A stretch of 59,770 bases of DNA, the filler included, from Myxococcota bacterium (lineage in GTDB: Bacteria > Myxococcota > Myxococcia > Myxococcales > Myxococcaceae), in NCBI GenBank assembly GCA_049322255.1. It is 5 parts of 5 records of this genome, joined end to end, with 100 filler letters (N's around TTAATTAATTAA, not from the genome) between each part and the next. Parts side by side here need not be neighbours in the genome. Positions count along the whole stretch, not along the records: positions 24,963 to 36,623 come from JBMORE010000124.1; 4 more parts are not named here. The stretch is one strand, 5' to 3'. The notes beneath the pieces were generated by a model that did not search any database, was not told the DNA's origin, and saw nothing but the letters and a program-made list of their open reading frames with translations. A program made the translations under genes and the position numbers. Positions 25,960-35,723 of this stretch are shown here, piece by piece; the stretch's first letter is position 1, and every line of letters begins with the position of its first letter.

Positions 25960-28900
25960 AACGCCCGGGGCGCCACTGGCCCAACAGCTGCTTGGCGCGG
26001 TGCGAGCTCGTCTCCTGTGCGTGCAGCTCGAGCAGCGAGCGCAGCGTGCGCTCGTCGTCTCCCTCGAGCGGGTGAAGCTGGACGTTTGGGTGCACCTTGT
26101 CGGCGAGCGTGGGCTCATCGACGAGGTAGACGACCCCACCCGTCATTCCCGACCCGATCACCGGCCCGGCCGGGCCGAGCACGACGCCCACGCCGCCGGT
26201 CATGTACTCGAAGGCGTACTTGCCAGCGCCCTCGACCACGATCGTCGCGCCGGAGTTACGTACGCCCAGACGCTGTCCAGCGCGGCCTTCGACGTGGAGC
26301 CGCCCTCCGGTGGCGCCATAGGCCGCCGCGTTGCCCACCAAGGAAAGCTCGCCACGCTCCGGCGGCGGAACGCTGCGGGGCGCACGGATGATGATCGCTC
26401 CCCCGCTCATCACCTCCCCCACGGTGTCGTTGGCAAAGCCGGTGAGCTCGATGCGCATGCCGTCGACGGCGGCGAAGCCCAGGCCCTGCCCCGCATAGCC
26501 GGTCAGCTCGAGCAAGAGGCCTCCGGCAGGCACGGGAAAGTCTCCCCGCGCGATTTGGCCCGCCAAGGTCGCCCCCACCGCGCGATCGGTGTTTGCCACC
26601 TCGTAGCGCAGCGCGGGGCACGCTCGTGCTTCCTCGCAAATACGGGCGTTGAGCGCGCTGGTCGGGTCCACCCGGAGACGCGCCGAGCGCGAAGGTGAAC
26701 CCGCGCCTCCGGTGGAGTCGGCGAGCAACTCGGAGAGGTCGACCTTCGCCGCTCGTCGGGCACTTTCGAGTGGCCTTTTCTCCAAGAGGTCGACCCGGCC
26801 CACCAATTCGCGCGGGTGCAAAAGGCCCATCGCCGCCAGGTGCGCCCGCACATCTCCCGCCAGCGCCAACAGGTAGCGCTTCACCGCCTCGCGGGCGTCG
26901 TGAAAGCGCGCCGTCTCTTCGTCGGGCAAGAGCGGGTCTTTCGCCCTCCCCTTCTTCTCGGTCATCAGCCTCCGGGCGACCAGATCGCTCTGGGTGGTGA
27001 TGCCGGCCGGGCACATTCCATTGGCGCAGCCGTGGCAGAAGATGCACTGCTCGGCGATCATCAACGTGGTTCCCAGCGACACCTCGTCGGCGCCCAGCGC
27101 GAGCGCCGCCACCACGTCGAACCCCGTCTTGAGGCCACCGTCTGCCCGCAGCCGAACCCGATCGCGCACTCCGTTCACCAGCAAGGCCTGGTGCGCCTCC
27201 GACAGCGCCCGCTCCAGAGGCAGACCCGCGTGCTCGATCGACGACGAAGCAGCGGCGCCGGTCCCTCCCTCCATGCCCGAGATGTCGATGAGGTCCGCGC
27301 CCGCCTTGGCGATGCCCACCGCGATGGTGCCGATGTCGGTCACGCCTGGAATCTTCACCGACACCCGGGCCCGCGGATTCACCTGCTTCAAGTTGAACAC
27401 CAGCTGGGCGAGGTCCTCGATGGAATAGATGTCGTGGTGCGGCGGCGGCGAGATGAGCGCCACCCCTGGCTGGGTGCGGCGAATGCGCGCGATTTCCTCG
27501 GTCACCTTCGCCGCGGGGAGCATTCCTCCCTCGCCGGGCTTGGCGCCTTGGCCGATCTTGATCGACAGCTCGTCGGCGTGAACCAGGTACCGCGCATCGA
27601 CCCCGAAGCGCCCCGACGCCACCTGCCGAATCCGCGAGCGGGCGCAGGCGAGCGGGCCGCCCATATCGCGCGCCATCTCCTCTCCGCCTTCGCCGCAGTT
27701 GGACGCCGCTCCCAGGTCGTTGAACGCAGCCGCGATCGCTTGGTGCGCGGTGCGGTGCAGCGCCCCCAGCGACATCGCCGCCCCGCGGAAGCAGGCGGAG
27801 ACGATCTCCTCTTGGGTCGCCACCTCGTCCAGATTCGCCGGCGCCTTCGCCACGCGCGCCTGGAGCAAGTCGCGCAGGTATACCGGCGGTGTGGAGGCCA
27901 AAAGCGCAAGGAAGCGCCCGTACGCGGCCGGGTCGTGTCCGCGGGCCACGGTTTGCAGCTCCTGCCAGACCTCTTTGCGGTAGACGCCGACGTCGAGCTC
28001 GCGCTGTGCCACGCGCCCCAGCTTTTTACGCGCCCGCACGTCCTCGTAGAGATCTTCGAGCCCCAACCCACCCAGCCGCGAAGTGATGCCCGGCAGGTAA
28101 TGGTCGACCAAGTCCTCCGACAGCCCCACCGCCTCGAAGAGACGCGACCCGCGGTAGCCGTCCACGGAGCAAATGCCCATCTTGGACATCACCCGCTGGA
28201 GCGTCTCCTCCAGCCCAGCGACCAAGTTCTCCAGCGAGCCATGGGGGAGACCGACCTGGTAGTAGAGGTATGGGTAGAGCGCGGTGGCTCCGTTGCCGAT
28301 GAGCACCGCGGCGTCGTGCCCTTCTTGGATCTCGCCCGACTCGACCACGATGCTCGCCCGCCGGCGCCGGCCCTCCTCGACCAGCACGTTGTGCAGCGCG
28401 CTGGTGACCAGCACCATCGGCAGGGGCAAGCGCACCGGCCCAGTCTCCTCGAGCGCGGCCCGATCGGAGAGCAAAAGCACCGTCGCCTCACCCGCCTTCA
28501 CCGCCGCCACCCCCGCGCGGCACACCTCGGCAATTCGCCGGGCGATTGCCTTGGCGCCGGTGGTGGAGCCGTTGCCCGGATCCTCGAAGGTACAGTCGAG
28601 TACCAACGTGCGGGGCCGTTCAGGAGAAGTTTCCTCGCGCAACTGGGCGACCTGCGACTCGGTGAGAATCGGCGAGGCCAGCGTCAGCTGCGCGCGCGGC
28701 TCGTACACCGGCTTGTTCTCGTAGACGGCCGGGGAGGCGCCCAAGTACACGGTGAGGTCGAACGCACCCTCCTCGCGGATGGGGTCGATCGGCGGGTTGG
28801 TCACCACCGCGACGATCTGCTTGAAGAATTTGGTGACCGGCGGCCGCTGCGCGCTGAACACCGCGAGCGGGCGATCATTGCCCATGGAAGTGATGAGTTC

Positions 28901-30328
28901 CTTGCCGGCGGCGGCGAGGTGCTGCACCGTGCGCACGCGGCCAAGACTCCACCCGAACAGATTGAGCGCCGCGTCGTCCGGCTTGGAGGGCTGGGGTGGC
29001 TGGGCAGGCTCGCGCCGCTCCAGCGGACGCAGCTGCGCCTCGGAGAGATCGGCGAAATTGATGGGCGTGTTCGCCACCACGTGTGCAAGCAGCTCTTCGG
29101 GTAGGAGCACCTGGCGCGACGACAGGTCGACCGCGATCGCCTCTCCCGGGTCGAGTTGCCCGCTCTTTTCGACGTCCTCGAAAGGGACGGGTATCGAGCC
29201 GATCTCCGAGCTGATGAGCAGCTTGCCCGAGCGCGTACGCAACCAGCGCAGCGGCCGAAGTCCCATGCGATCCAGCGCGCCCACCAGCCATTGACCATCC
29301 ATCGCCACCACTGCCGCCGGGCCCTCCCAGGCGCCCAAGCCACCCAGCGCGCGCTGCACGCCTTGGAAGAAACGCTGCGCCCGTGGATCGAGCCGCGGCA
29401 GATCGCGCCAGGCCATGGGCATGAAGCGCAGGAGCGTTTCGGGCAGCGACACCCCGTGGGAGACGAAGAACTCCACCACCCGGTCCATGTCCGCCGAGTC
29501 GCTCCCCTGCTGCATCAGCACCGGCGACACCCCCAGCTCGGCCTCTAAGTTCTGCACCGCGTTGCGGTTGGCCTTGATGGTGTTGATCTCCCCGTTGTGG
29601 CCCAGCACCCGGAAGACCTGCGCCAGGTACCAGTTGGAGAAGGTGTTGGTGGAGTAGCGCCGGTGGAAAACCGCGGCGTCGGTGCGCAGGTCGGGGTGCG
29701 CGAGGTCTTTGTAGAAGCGCGCGAGCTGCTCGCCGGTGGCCATCGCCTTGTAAACCAGCGTCGAGGGCGAGAACGACGCCACGTACAGCTCCCGCACCTT
29801 TTGCTCCAACGCCGCCTTCACCCGGAAGAACACCAGCGGCAGATCCTCCGGCGGCACCATGCCCTCGCCCACCAGCACCTGCCACACCTCGCGCATGCTC
29901 TCTCGCGCCGTACGCCCCAGCACCTCTGGCTCGGTGGGCACCTTGCGCCACCCCAGGGGCATCAGCCCGAAGCGCCGCAGAATGGCGTCGATCTCCCCCC
30001 GCCAGTGCGGCAGGTTCGCCGACTGACCTGCGGGAAAGAACAGCACCCCCACGCTCAGGCGGTGCCCTTCGGGCAACCTCTTGCCTGGCGCGATGAAGCG
30101 GGAGAAGAACGCGCCATCGAGCGAGAGCAACAGCCCCGCGCCGTCGCCCGTGTCCTCGAGCTGACCACCGCGGTGCTCCATGCACCTCAACCCGCGCAGG
30201 GCCAGCTCGAGCAGCTGCCGCGTCGGCCGGCCATGCAGCTCGACGACCGCCCCCACCCCGCAGCCGCCGCGTCCGGGATGGCTCCTGTACCGGTCGACCA
30301 ACCGCTGTGAAGCGCGGGCCCCAGGCAT
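25934..30328 (-). CDS. gltB: Glutamate synthase large subunit
   Basis: CGVG Ntn start, MEHRGG, GDGAG, HRRYSTNT, HNGEINT, VTNPPID, QVASGRFGV, IKIGQGAKPGEGG, ISPPPHHDIYSIEDLAQL, GXGXG domain with RNSGA and EYMTGG. Confidence 0.95.
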   Translation of the reverse strand: MPGARASQRLVDRYRSHPGRGGCGVGAVVELHGRPTRQLLELALRGLRCMEHRGGQLEDTGDGAGLLLSLDGAFFSRFIAPGKRLPEGHRLSVGVLFFPAGQSANLPHWRGEIDAILRRFGLMPLGWRKVPTEPEVLGRTARESMREVWQVLVGEGMVPPEDLPLVFFRVKAALEQKVRELYVASFSPSTLVYKAMATGEQLARFYKDLAHPDLRTDAAVFHRRYSTNTFSNWYLAQVFRVLGHNGEINTIKANRNAVQNLEAELGVSPVLMQQGSDSADMDRVVEFFVSHGVSLPETLLRFMPMAWRDLPRLDPRAQRFFQGVQRALGGLGAWEGPAAVVAMDGQWLVGALDRMGLRPLRWLRTRSGKLLISSEIGSIPVPFEDVEKSGQLDPGEAIAVDLSSRQVLLPEELLAHVVANTPINFADLSEAQLRPLERREPAQPPQPSKPDDAALNLFGWSLGRVRTVQHLAAAGKELITSMGNDRPLAVFSAQRPPVTKFFKQIVAVVTNPPIDPIREEGAFDLTVYLGASPAVYENKPVYEPRAQLTLASPILTESQVAQLREETSPERPRTLVLDCTFEDPGNGSTTGAKAIARRIAEVCRAGVAAVKAGEATVLLLSDRAALEETGPVRLPLPMVLVTSALHNVLVEEGRRRRASIVVESGEIQEGHDAAVLIGNGATALYPYLYYQVGLPHGSLENLVAGLEETLQRVMSKMGICSVDGYRGSRLFEAVGLSEDLVDHYLPGITSRLGGLGLEDLYEDVRARKKLGRVAQRELDVGVYRKEVWQELQTVARGHDPAAYGRFLALLASTPPVYLRDLLQARVAKAPANLDEVATQEEIVSACFRGAAMSLGALHRTAHQAIAAAFNDLGAASNCGEGGEEMARDMGGPLACARSRIRQVASGRFGVDARYLVHADELSIKIGQGAKPGEGGMLPAAKVTEEIARIRRTQPGVALISPPPHHDIYSIEDLAQLVFNLKQVNPRARVSVKIPGVTDIGTIAVGIAKAGADLIDISGMEGGTGAAASSSIEHAGLPLERALSEAHQALLVNGVRDRVRLRADGGLKTGFDVVAALALGADEVSLGTTLMIAEQCIFCHGCANGMCPAGITTQSDLVARRLMTEKKGRAKDPLLPDEETARFHDAREAVKRYLLALAGDVRAHLAAMGLLHPRELVGRVDLLEKRPLESARRAAKVDLSELLADSTGGAGSPSRSARLRVDPTSALNARICEEARACPALRYEVANTDRAVGATLAGQIARGDFPVPAGGLLLELTGYAGQGLGFAAVDGMRIELTGFANDTVGEVMSGGAIIIRAPRSVPPPERGELSLVGNAAAYGATGGRLHVEGRAGQRLGVRNSGATIVVEGAGKYAFEYMTGGVGVVLGPAGPVIGSGMTGGVVYLVDEPTLADKVHPNVQLHPLEGDDERTLRSLLELHAQETSSHRAKQLLGQWRPGRFKKLLPRS

Positions 30329-30427
30329 CGAGTAGGGTTTTCGAGCATTCGACGCAAGGCGTCAATGAACACCGGGACGCTCGCCCGCTTTCAAGGCTGG
30401 CGGGGGGTTGGTTACACTTTCGCTCTC

Positions 30428-30916
30428 GTGACCGTCACCACCCATAGAGGGGGGGCGCAGCCAGCCTCGAGCGCTCCGTTTCGGGTGCGGGCGGCCCGGC
30501 GAGGCGACGCCGAGGCGATTCGCCAGCTCTTGGCCGAGCTGGGCTTTCCCGACGCAGCCGACGCGCAGACGGTGCACTGGATCATCAGCCACCCGGAGAT
30601 GGAGATCTACGTCGCCTGCGACAGCCACGACAAACCGATCGGCATGCTCTCTCTTTCCCACCGCCCTCAGCTGCGCATGAAGGGGCGCATCGCCACCATC
30701 GACGAGCTGGTGGTGACTTCCGCCTGGCGAAAGAAGGGCGTGGGCAAGGAGCTCTTACGCCACGCGCTGCAGCGCGCCAAAGTGCTCTCGGTGAAGCGGG
30801 TCGAGCTGGTGAACAAGAGCGGCCGCGCCGACAGCGCCCAGGGCTTCTACCAAGCCTGCGGCCTTTCCGAGGCGGACGCGGTGGTTTTTCGGGTGCCCGA
30901 GCTCGAGCGCAAATGA
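30428..30916 (+). CDS. GNAT family N-acetyltransferase
   Basis: IDELVV..AWRKKGVGKELL, AQGFYQACG; start uncertain. Confidence 0.85.
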   Translation: MTVTTHRGGAQPASSAPFRVRAARRGDAEAIRQLLAELGFPDAADAQTVHWIISHPEMEIYVACDSHDKPIGMLSLSHRPQLRMKGRIATIDELVVTSAWRKKGVGKELLRHALQRAKVLSVKRVELVNKSGRADSAQGFYQACGLSEADAVVFRVPELERK

Positions 30917-30923
30917 CACTTAT

Positions 30924-31268
30924 TTAAGGCGAGCCCTTCTTCAGTGAGGCGGCCACCGCATCGAGACGGGCGCGCATCTGGGGCAGCACGTTCTTGAACC
31001 GCACGCCGATGGCGTCGCCGCGCACCCAGGCGACCACCCCTTCGAGCTCGAAGGAGTCGTCTCCCACGGTCACCGACAGGTGCAAGCCGGCTCCGACTTC
31101 GTGCGGCTTGTGCGTGCGCAGGCACAGCCCCCCCGCAGAGAAGTTGAGGGAAAAAGCGTGGAAGGCCTTCGCGGCCTGCGCCGAGCTTCCGAAGCGTACC
31201 TCTACCCGCGCGGGGACCCGTTCGTGCTGACGGCGCTCGGTGCTCGGGCTCGGTGGCTTTTCGCTCAT
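30924..31268 (-). CDS. PilZ-domain protein
   Basis: ERRQHERV (RxxxR), NFSAGGL and IGVRF. Confidence 0.85.
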   Translation of the reverse strand: MSEKPPSPSTERRQHERVPARVEVRFGSSAQAAKAFHAFSLNFSAGGLCLRTHKPHEVGAGLHLSVTVGDDSFELEGVVAWVRGDAIGVRFKNVLPQMRARLDAVAASLKKGSP

Positions 31269-31289
31269 GCGGCAACGCCAATCTAGCCG

Positions 31290-33701
31290 CTACTGCACCC
31301 GCACCGTGAATTTCCCGCTGCTCTGCCCGGCGCCGTCCACCCACACGAAGTAGGAGCCCGGGGTGAGGCTCTGGAGCGTCAGGGTGGCGGTGCCGCCGAA
31401 CTGGGTGGCCGCCGCGCAGCCCTTCTGGGCCGAGGCCGCCGACGACTCGCAGAGTGCCGCCCCGGGCCCGCGCACGTACACCAGAGGACGAAGGAGCGTG
31501 CCCTCATTGGCGTCGGGCACCACGGTGACTGTCACCGTCTGCACGGTGGCAACGTCCAAGCGGTAGACGACATCGCCCCCCTCTTCACCCTTGGCACCGT
31601 ACGAGCCGCCACCGCACGGGGCCGTGCTGTCGTTGCTCGCGGCCCGGGTGTCGCCGGTGAGAGGGGCGTTCGGCACCAGCACGGGCAAAAGCGCCGCCTG
31701 GCAACTGTCGTTGAGAGGCGGGCTGAGCGGGGGCCCCAGCGCGGCCCGCAAGCCGAAAGGTCCCTGAGTGGCAAAGTCGCCCTCCACCCACACGTAGTAG
31801 GTGCCTGGGTCGAGCGCAGGCGCGTTGTACACCGCGCGATCGGGGTACAGCTCGTCGCCCCAGGTGCAGAAGACGGCGTCCGAGGAGAGGCTGCCTTCGC
31901 ACTTGCCCGGCTTGCGCAAGGAGAGCACCGGCCGAAGCGGCGAGCCCGCCGAGGCCTTCAAATCGAGCGCGAGCGACTGCCGGGAGGGCACGTTGATTTC
32001 GTAGACCACGTCGGGCGAGGTGGCGCCCAGCGGTTCCTCACAGCTGGCCACGTCGTCGGTGGCTCCGGCGGTGGTGCCGTTCACCGTCACCGGACCGGTG
32101 CTGGCGGCGAGGGCTTGCGGGCTGGCGCAGGTGTCGTTGGCCGGAGGAGGCACCGGGGTCTGCAAGTCCACCGTGAGGGTGAAAGGGCCCTTGGAGCCGC
32201 CGTAGCCGTCGACCCAGACGAAGTGCTCGCCAGCGGGAAGATTGGGCGCGGTGACCGTGGTCGGCCCACCCACCATCGCCGCGACGTTGCAGGCGACCTG
32301 GTCTTGCGCAAGCTCGCTGTCGCACTGGCCCTGACGGCGCAGATACACCACCGGAAGCAGCGAGGAGCCGGAGGCGGGCGCCACCCGCGCCACCACCTGC
32401 CGCGGGCCCGGCAACACCACCCGGTAGACCAGGTCTGCCCCCGAGCCCCCGCACCCGGCGGTGTCGTGCACCGCGTTGCTGTTGTCCCCCTGTACGGTGA
32501 TGGGCCCGTACCCGGAGGCGGGCACCACCAGCGTCTCGGCGCCGGCGCACGTGTCGTTGAGCGGCACCGGCAGCGGGTCGGTCACCGTCAGTGTGAGCGA
32601 GAACGGCCCGTGGCTCGGCGCGAGCGACGTGCCCGCGGCGCCATCGACCACCAGGTAGTAGTTGCCCGGCTCCACCTTGGGAACGTCGATGACCAACGGC
32701 GCGGTGGGAGTGGTCGCTCCGGCCCGCACGCAGGAAAGCTGCTGCGAAAGCGCATCCGACTCGCAAGGGGAGCGCCGCAGGTACATCACCGGGAAGTAGG
32801 CGCTGCTGCCCGAGGTGAGCTCCGCGGTGAAGCGCGAAGGCTGTGCGATGGTTACCTCGTAGACCACATCCCGACTGGTGGACCCGCCACAGCTCCCTCC
32901 CAAGTCGTTCTCCCACTCCGAAGTGTCGCCCTCGAGGGTCGAGTTTCCGCGGAAGGGGAGAATGGACCTGGGGCTGCCGCAGCTGTCGCCGGTGGGAGGC
33001 ACCTCGGCGGTCACCGTGAGCTCGAAGGGCCCTGCCCCGTCGCCGTCGCCGTCGACCCAGAGGAAATAAGTGCCCGCCGAAAGCTCAGCGGAGAGCCGGG
33101 TGACGTTGGAGGTCAAGGGGGGATAGGCGCACGGCCCCTCGGAGAGTGCGCTGCACGTGCTGCCGATGGCCAGCACGGGAAGCAGCCCACTGTTGGGCGC
33201 GGGGGTGGCCACCGCCACCACCCTCCGTCTGCCGGGCAGAGTGAAGGTGTACACCAGGTCGGGCGCGCTCGAACCCGGCAGCGCGCACGCCGCCCGCATG
33301 TCGTTCACCGCGCGCGAGGTGTCTGTGCGGACGGTGACCGGCCCCTCCGACAGCTCGAGCAGCGACGCCGACTGGCACGAGTCGGCGAGTGGCTCACATT
33401 CAGGAACCGGGCTTTGCACGTGGCACACGCCGCTTTGGCAATCGTCATCGGCGAGGCACTGTACGCAGACGCCAGCGGAGCAGCGGGGTGCATCGGCTCC
33501 GCAGTCCTCGTCGCGCTGGCAGCTGGTGGCGCCCGCGTCGGCCGGCACCGGCTCGCAGGCTCCGCTGCGCGTGTTGCACGACGTCCCCGCCGGACAGCGG
33601 CCCTCGTTGCACCCCGAGGCTTCGCTCAAGGAGGAGGAAGAAGCACAGGACGCGAGCAGGGCCGCGACCGCTATGGCCAACCCACGAAAAGACAACGACA
33701 C
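31290..33701 (-). CDS. Large Cys-rich lipoprotein with five tandem ~130-aa beta-sandwich (PPC-like) repeats
   Basis: GTG start and lipobox LASC; Cys-rich N-region; repeats (N/A/G)D(S/T)C...GD(T/N)...D(L/V)VY...Y(F/Y)(L/V)(W/V)V(D/E)G five times. Confidence 0.75.
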   Translation of the reverse strand: MSLSFRGLAIAVAALLASCASSSSLSEASGCNEGRCPAGTSCNTRSGACEPVPADAGATSCQRDEDCGADAPRCSAGVCVQCLADDDCQSGVCHVQSPVPECEPLADSCQSASLLELSEGPVTVRTDTSRAVNDMRAACALPGSSAPDLVYTFTLPGRRRVVAVATPAPNSGLLPVLAIGSTCSALSEGPCAYPPLTSNVTRLSAELSAGTYFLWVDGDGDGAGPFELTVTAEVPPTGDSCGSPRSILPFRGNSTLEGDTSEWENDLGGSCGGSTSRDVVYEVTIAQPSRFTAELTSGSSAYFPVMYLRRSPCESDALSQQLSCVRAGATTPTAPLVIDVPKVEPGNYYLVVDGAAGTSLAPSHGPFSLTLTVTDPLPVPLNDTCAGAETLVVPASGYGPITVQGDNSNAVHDTAGCGGSGADLVYRVVLPGPRQVVARVAPASGSSLLPVVYLRRQGQCDSELAQDQVACNVAAMVGGPTTVTAPNLPAGEHFVWVDGYGGSKGPFTLTVDLQTPVPPPANDTCASPQALAASTGPVTVNGTTAGATDDVASCEEPLGATSPDVVYEINVPSRQSLALDLKASAGSPLRPVLSLRKPGKCEGSLSSDAVFCTWGDELYPDRAVYNAPALDPGTYYVWVEGDFATQGPFGLRAALGPPLSPPLNDSCQAALLPVLVPNAPLTGDTRAASNDSTAPCGGGSYGAKGEEGGDVVYRLDVATVQTVTVTVVPDANEGTLLRPLVYVRGPGAALCESSAASAQKGCAAATQFGGTATLTLQSLTPGSYFVWVDGAGQSSGKFTVRVQ

Positions 33702-33834
33702 GAATCGACCTCGGACTCGAGGCGGCCCCAAAAGCACCGCCACCATACCGCAGAATGGTGCGCAGGGCTTATTCGCGGGCACCTACATTTGTAAAGCACC
33801 GCAGTGACGAGGTCGTCTACGCTTGGAGGTCCTC

Positions 33835-34665
33835 ATGAACGCCAGCCTCCGCCTCTTTTTCGCGTGTGCGCTCTTGTGCGCTTGCTCCAACAACCCTCCC
33901 GTGGGGCAAACCGACGGCGGCGACGCCGGAAGCCCCCCTGCGAACGAGGACGCAGGAAGCGACGCGGGCAGCCGCCCCGATGACCAGTGCAGCCTCTCCA
34001 TGCAGGCCTGTGACGCTGGCCAGAGCTGTCTTCTGACTGCGCTCGAAGACGGTGGACAGGCGACCCGCTGCGCCGGCGGTGCGTGTGACCTCGTTCTCCA
34101 GAACTGCCCCGTGGGCGAGAAGTGTACCTACGTGAGCGACGCAGGAGGCTTCGAGCGCGGCTGCGCTCCCGAGGGCACCGCGGACGAAGGCAGCCCCTGC
34201 ACCGGCACCCCGAGCTCGAACACCTGCCGGGCTGGCTTGGTGTGCGCCCTGCGCGAGCTACCCGATGGCGGGGTGGACACCGCGTGCGCGCGCTTCTGCA
34301 ACACCACCGCCCAGTGCACCTCGCCCAAGCTCTGCAACGTGGTGCTCACCTTGGCCGGCACCGCCGAACGGCCGACGCTGTGCGGCGACCCTCCCCCCAG
34401 CTGCGACCTGTTCGCCCAGGACTGCCAGCGCCTCAATGACGCCTGCTACCCCAGCGGCAGCGTGGCGGCTTGCTTCCCTGAAGGCACCCTGGGCGACGGC
34501 GAGGCCTGCGTGTACTCGAACGACTGCGTGAAGGGCAGCGCCTGCACTGGCGGCGGCAATGGCTTCACCTGCCGCCCACTGTGCGGCACCGGGGGCGCTC
34601 CGGCGTGCGCCAGCGGCACCTGCGTCTCTCTCCTCGGCTTTGCGGACGTGGGCGTTTGCCGCTGA
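33835..34665 (+). CDS. Cys-rich lipoprotein
   Basis: GGAGG SD, MNASLRLFFACALLCAC lipobox, DGG/DAG linker, two CDL..Q.C...EG..C..C repeats. Confidence 0.75.
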   Translation: MNASLRLFFACALLCACSNNPPVGQTDGGDAGSPPANEDAGSDAGSRPDDQCSLSMQACDAGQSCLLTALEDGGQATRCAGGACDLVLQNCPVGEKCTYVSDAGGFERGCAPEGTADEGSPCTGTPSSNTCRAGLVCALRELPDGGVDTACARFCNTTAQCTSPKLCNVVLTLAGTAERPTLCGDPPPSCDLFAQDCQRLNDACYPSGSVAACFPEGTLGDGEACVYSNDCVKGSACTGGGNGFTCRPLCGTGGAPACASGTCVSLLGFADVGVCR

Positions 34666-35720
34666 TGCGCGCGAAAGATTTGAAGGCCATGGAGTGGGTG
34701 GGCGATGCCCGCGAAGGGCGCTTGCGGCTGCTCGACCAGCGGCTGTTGCCCCAAACAGAGAAGTGGCTCGAGCTTGCCTCCGCCGAGGAAGTGGCCCGCT
34801 CGATTCGGGACATGGTGGTGCGCGGGGCGCCGGCCATCGGCATCACCGCGGCGTACGGGATGGTGCTCGCCGCGCAGCAGGCCACCCGGCGGGGTTACCC
34901 CTCGCACGCGGCGCAGGAGGCGGTGCTCGATGCCGCCGATGCGCTGGCCCGCACCCGCCCCACGGCGGTCAACCTCTTCTGGGCGCTCGACCGCTGCCGG
35001 GCTGCCGCAAGAAAAGATGGAGCCGAGCCCGACCACCTGTTGGCCCTGGCCCGCCGCCTACACGACGAAGACGCGCAAGGCAACCGGCGCATCGGTGAGC
35101 TGGGCGCGGCCCACCTCGAAGACGGGATGAGCGTGCTCACCCACTGCAACGCCGGAGCGCTCGCCACCGGCGGCTACGGCACCGCGCTGGCTCCCCTGTT
35201 CACCGCTCACGAGCGCGGGGTGCGCCTGCACGTCTACGTCGACGAGACCCGCCCCCGGCTACAGGGGGCGCGGCTGACCGCCTGGGAGCTTTCCCAGGTG
35301 GGAGTGCCCTTCACCCTCATCTGCGACAACATGGCCGCCTCGCTGATGGCGCGGGGCAAGATTCAGCTGTGCCTCACCGGCGCCGACCGCATCGCCGCCA
35401 ATGGCGACACCGCGAACAAGATCGGCACCTACTCGGTGGCGGTGAACGCCGCGCACCACCGCATTCCCTTTCACGTCGCCGCGCCCGCCTCCACCTTCGA
35501 CCTGTCCACCGCCGACGGTACGGGCATCGCCATCGAGGAGCGCGCCGGCGACGAAGTCACCCAATGGGGTGCTGAGCGCACCTGCCCTGTGGGGGCCCGG
35601 GTGTTCAACCCGGCCTTCGACGTCACTCCGGCCGGGCTCATCCGCTCCATCATCACCGAGCGGGGGGAGATCAGCCCGGTCACCGCGCAAGAAATCATCC
35701 GCGCCCTCGCCGAGCCTTGA
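34665..35720 (+). CDS. mtnA: S-methyl-5-thioribose-1-phosphate isomerase
   Basis: LLDQRLLP, MVVRGAPAIG, RPTAVNL, THCNAGALAT, DETRP, GADRIAANGDTANKIGT, NPAFDVTP. Confidence 0.95.
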   Translation: MRAKDLKAMEWVGDAREGRLRLLDQRLLPQTEKWLELASAEEVARSIRDMVVRGAPAIGITAAYGMVLAAQQATRRGYPSHAAQEAVLDAADALARTRPTAVNLFWALDRCRAAARKDGAEPDHLLALARRLHDEDAQGNRRIGELGAAHLEDGMSVLTHCNAGALATGGYGTALAPLFTAHERGVRLHVYVDETRPRLQGARLTAWELSQVGVPFTLICDNMAASLMARGKIQLCLTGADRIAANGDTANKIGTYSVAVNAAHHRIPFHVAAPASTFDLSTADGTGIAIEERAGDEVTQWGAERTCPVGARVFNPAFDVTPAGLIRSIITERGEISPVTAQEIIRALAEP

Positions 35721-35723
35721 AGC

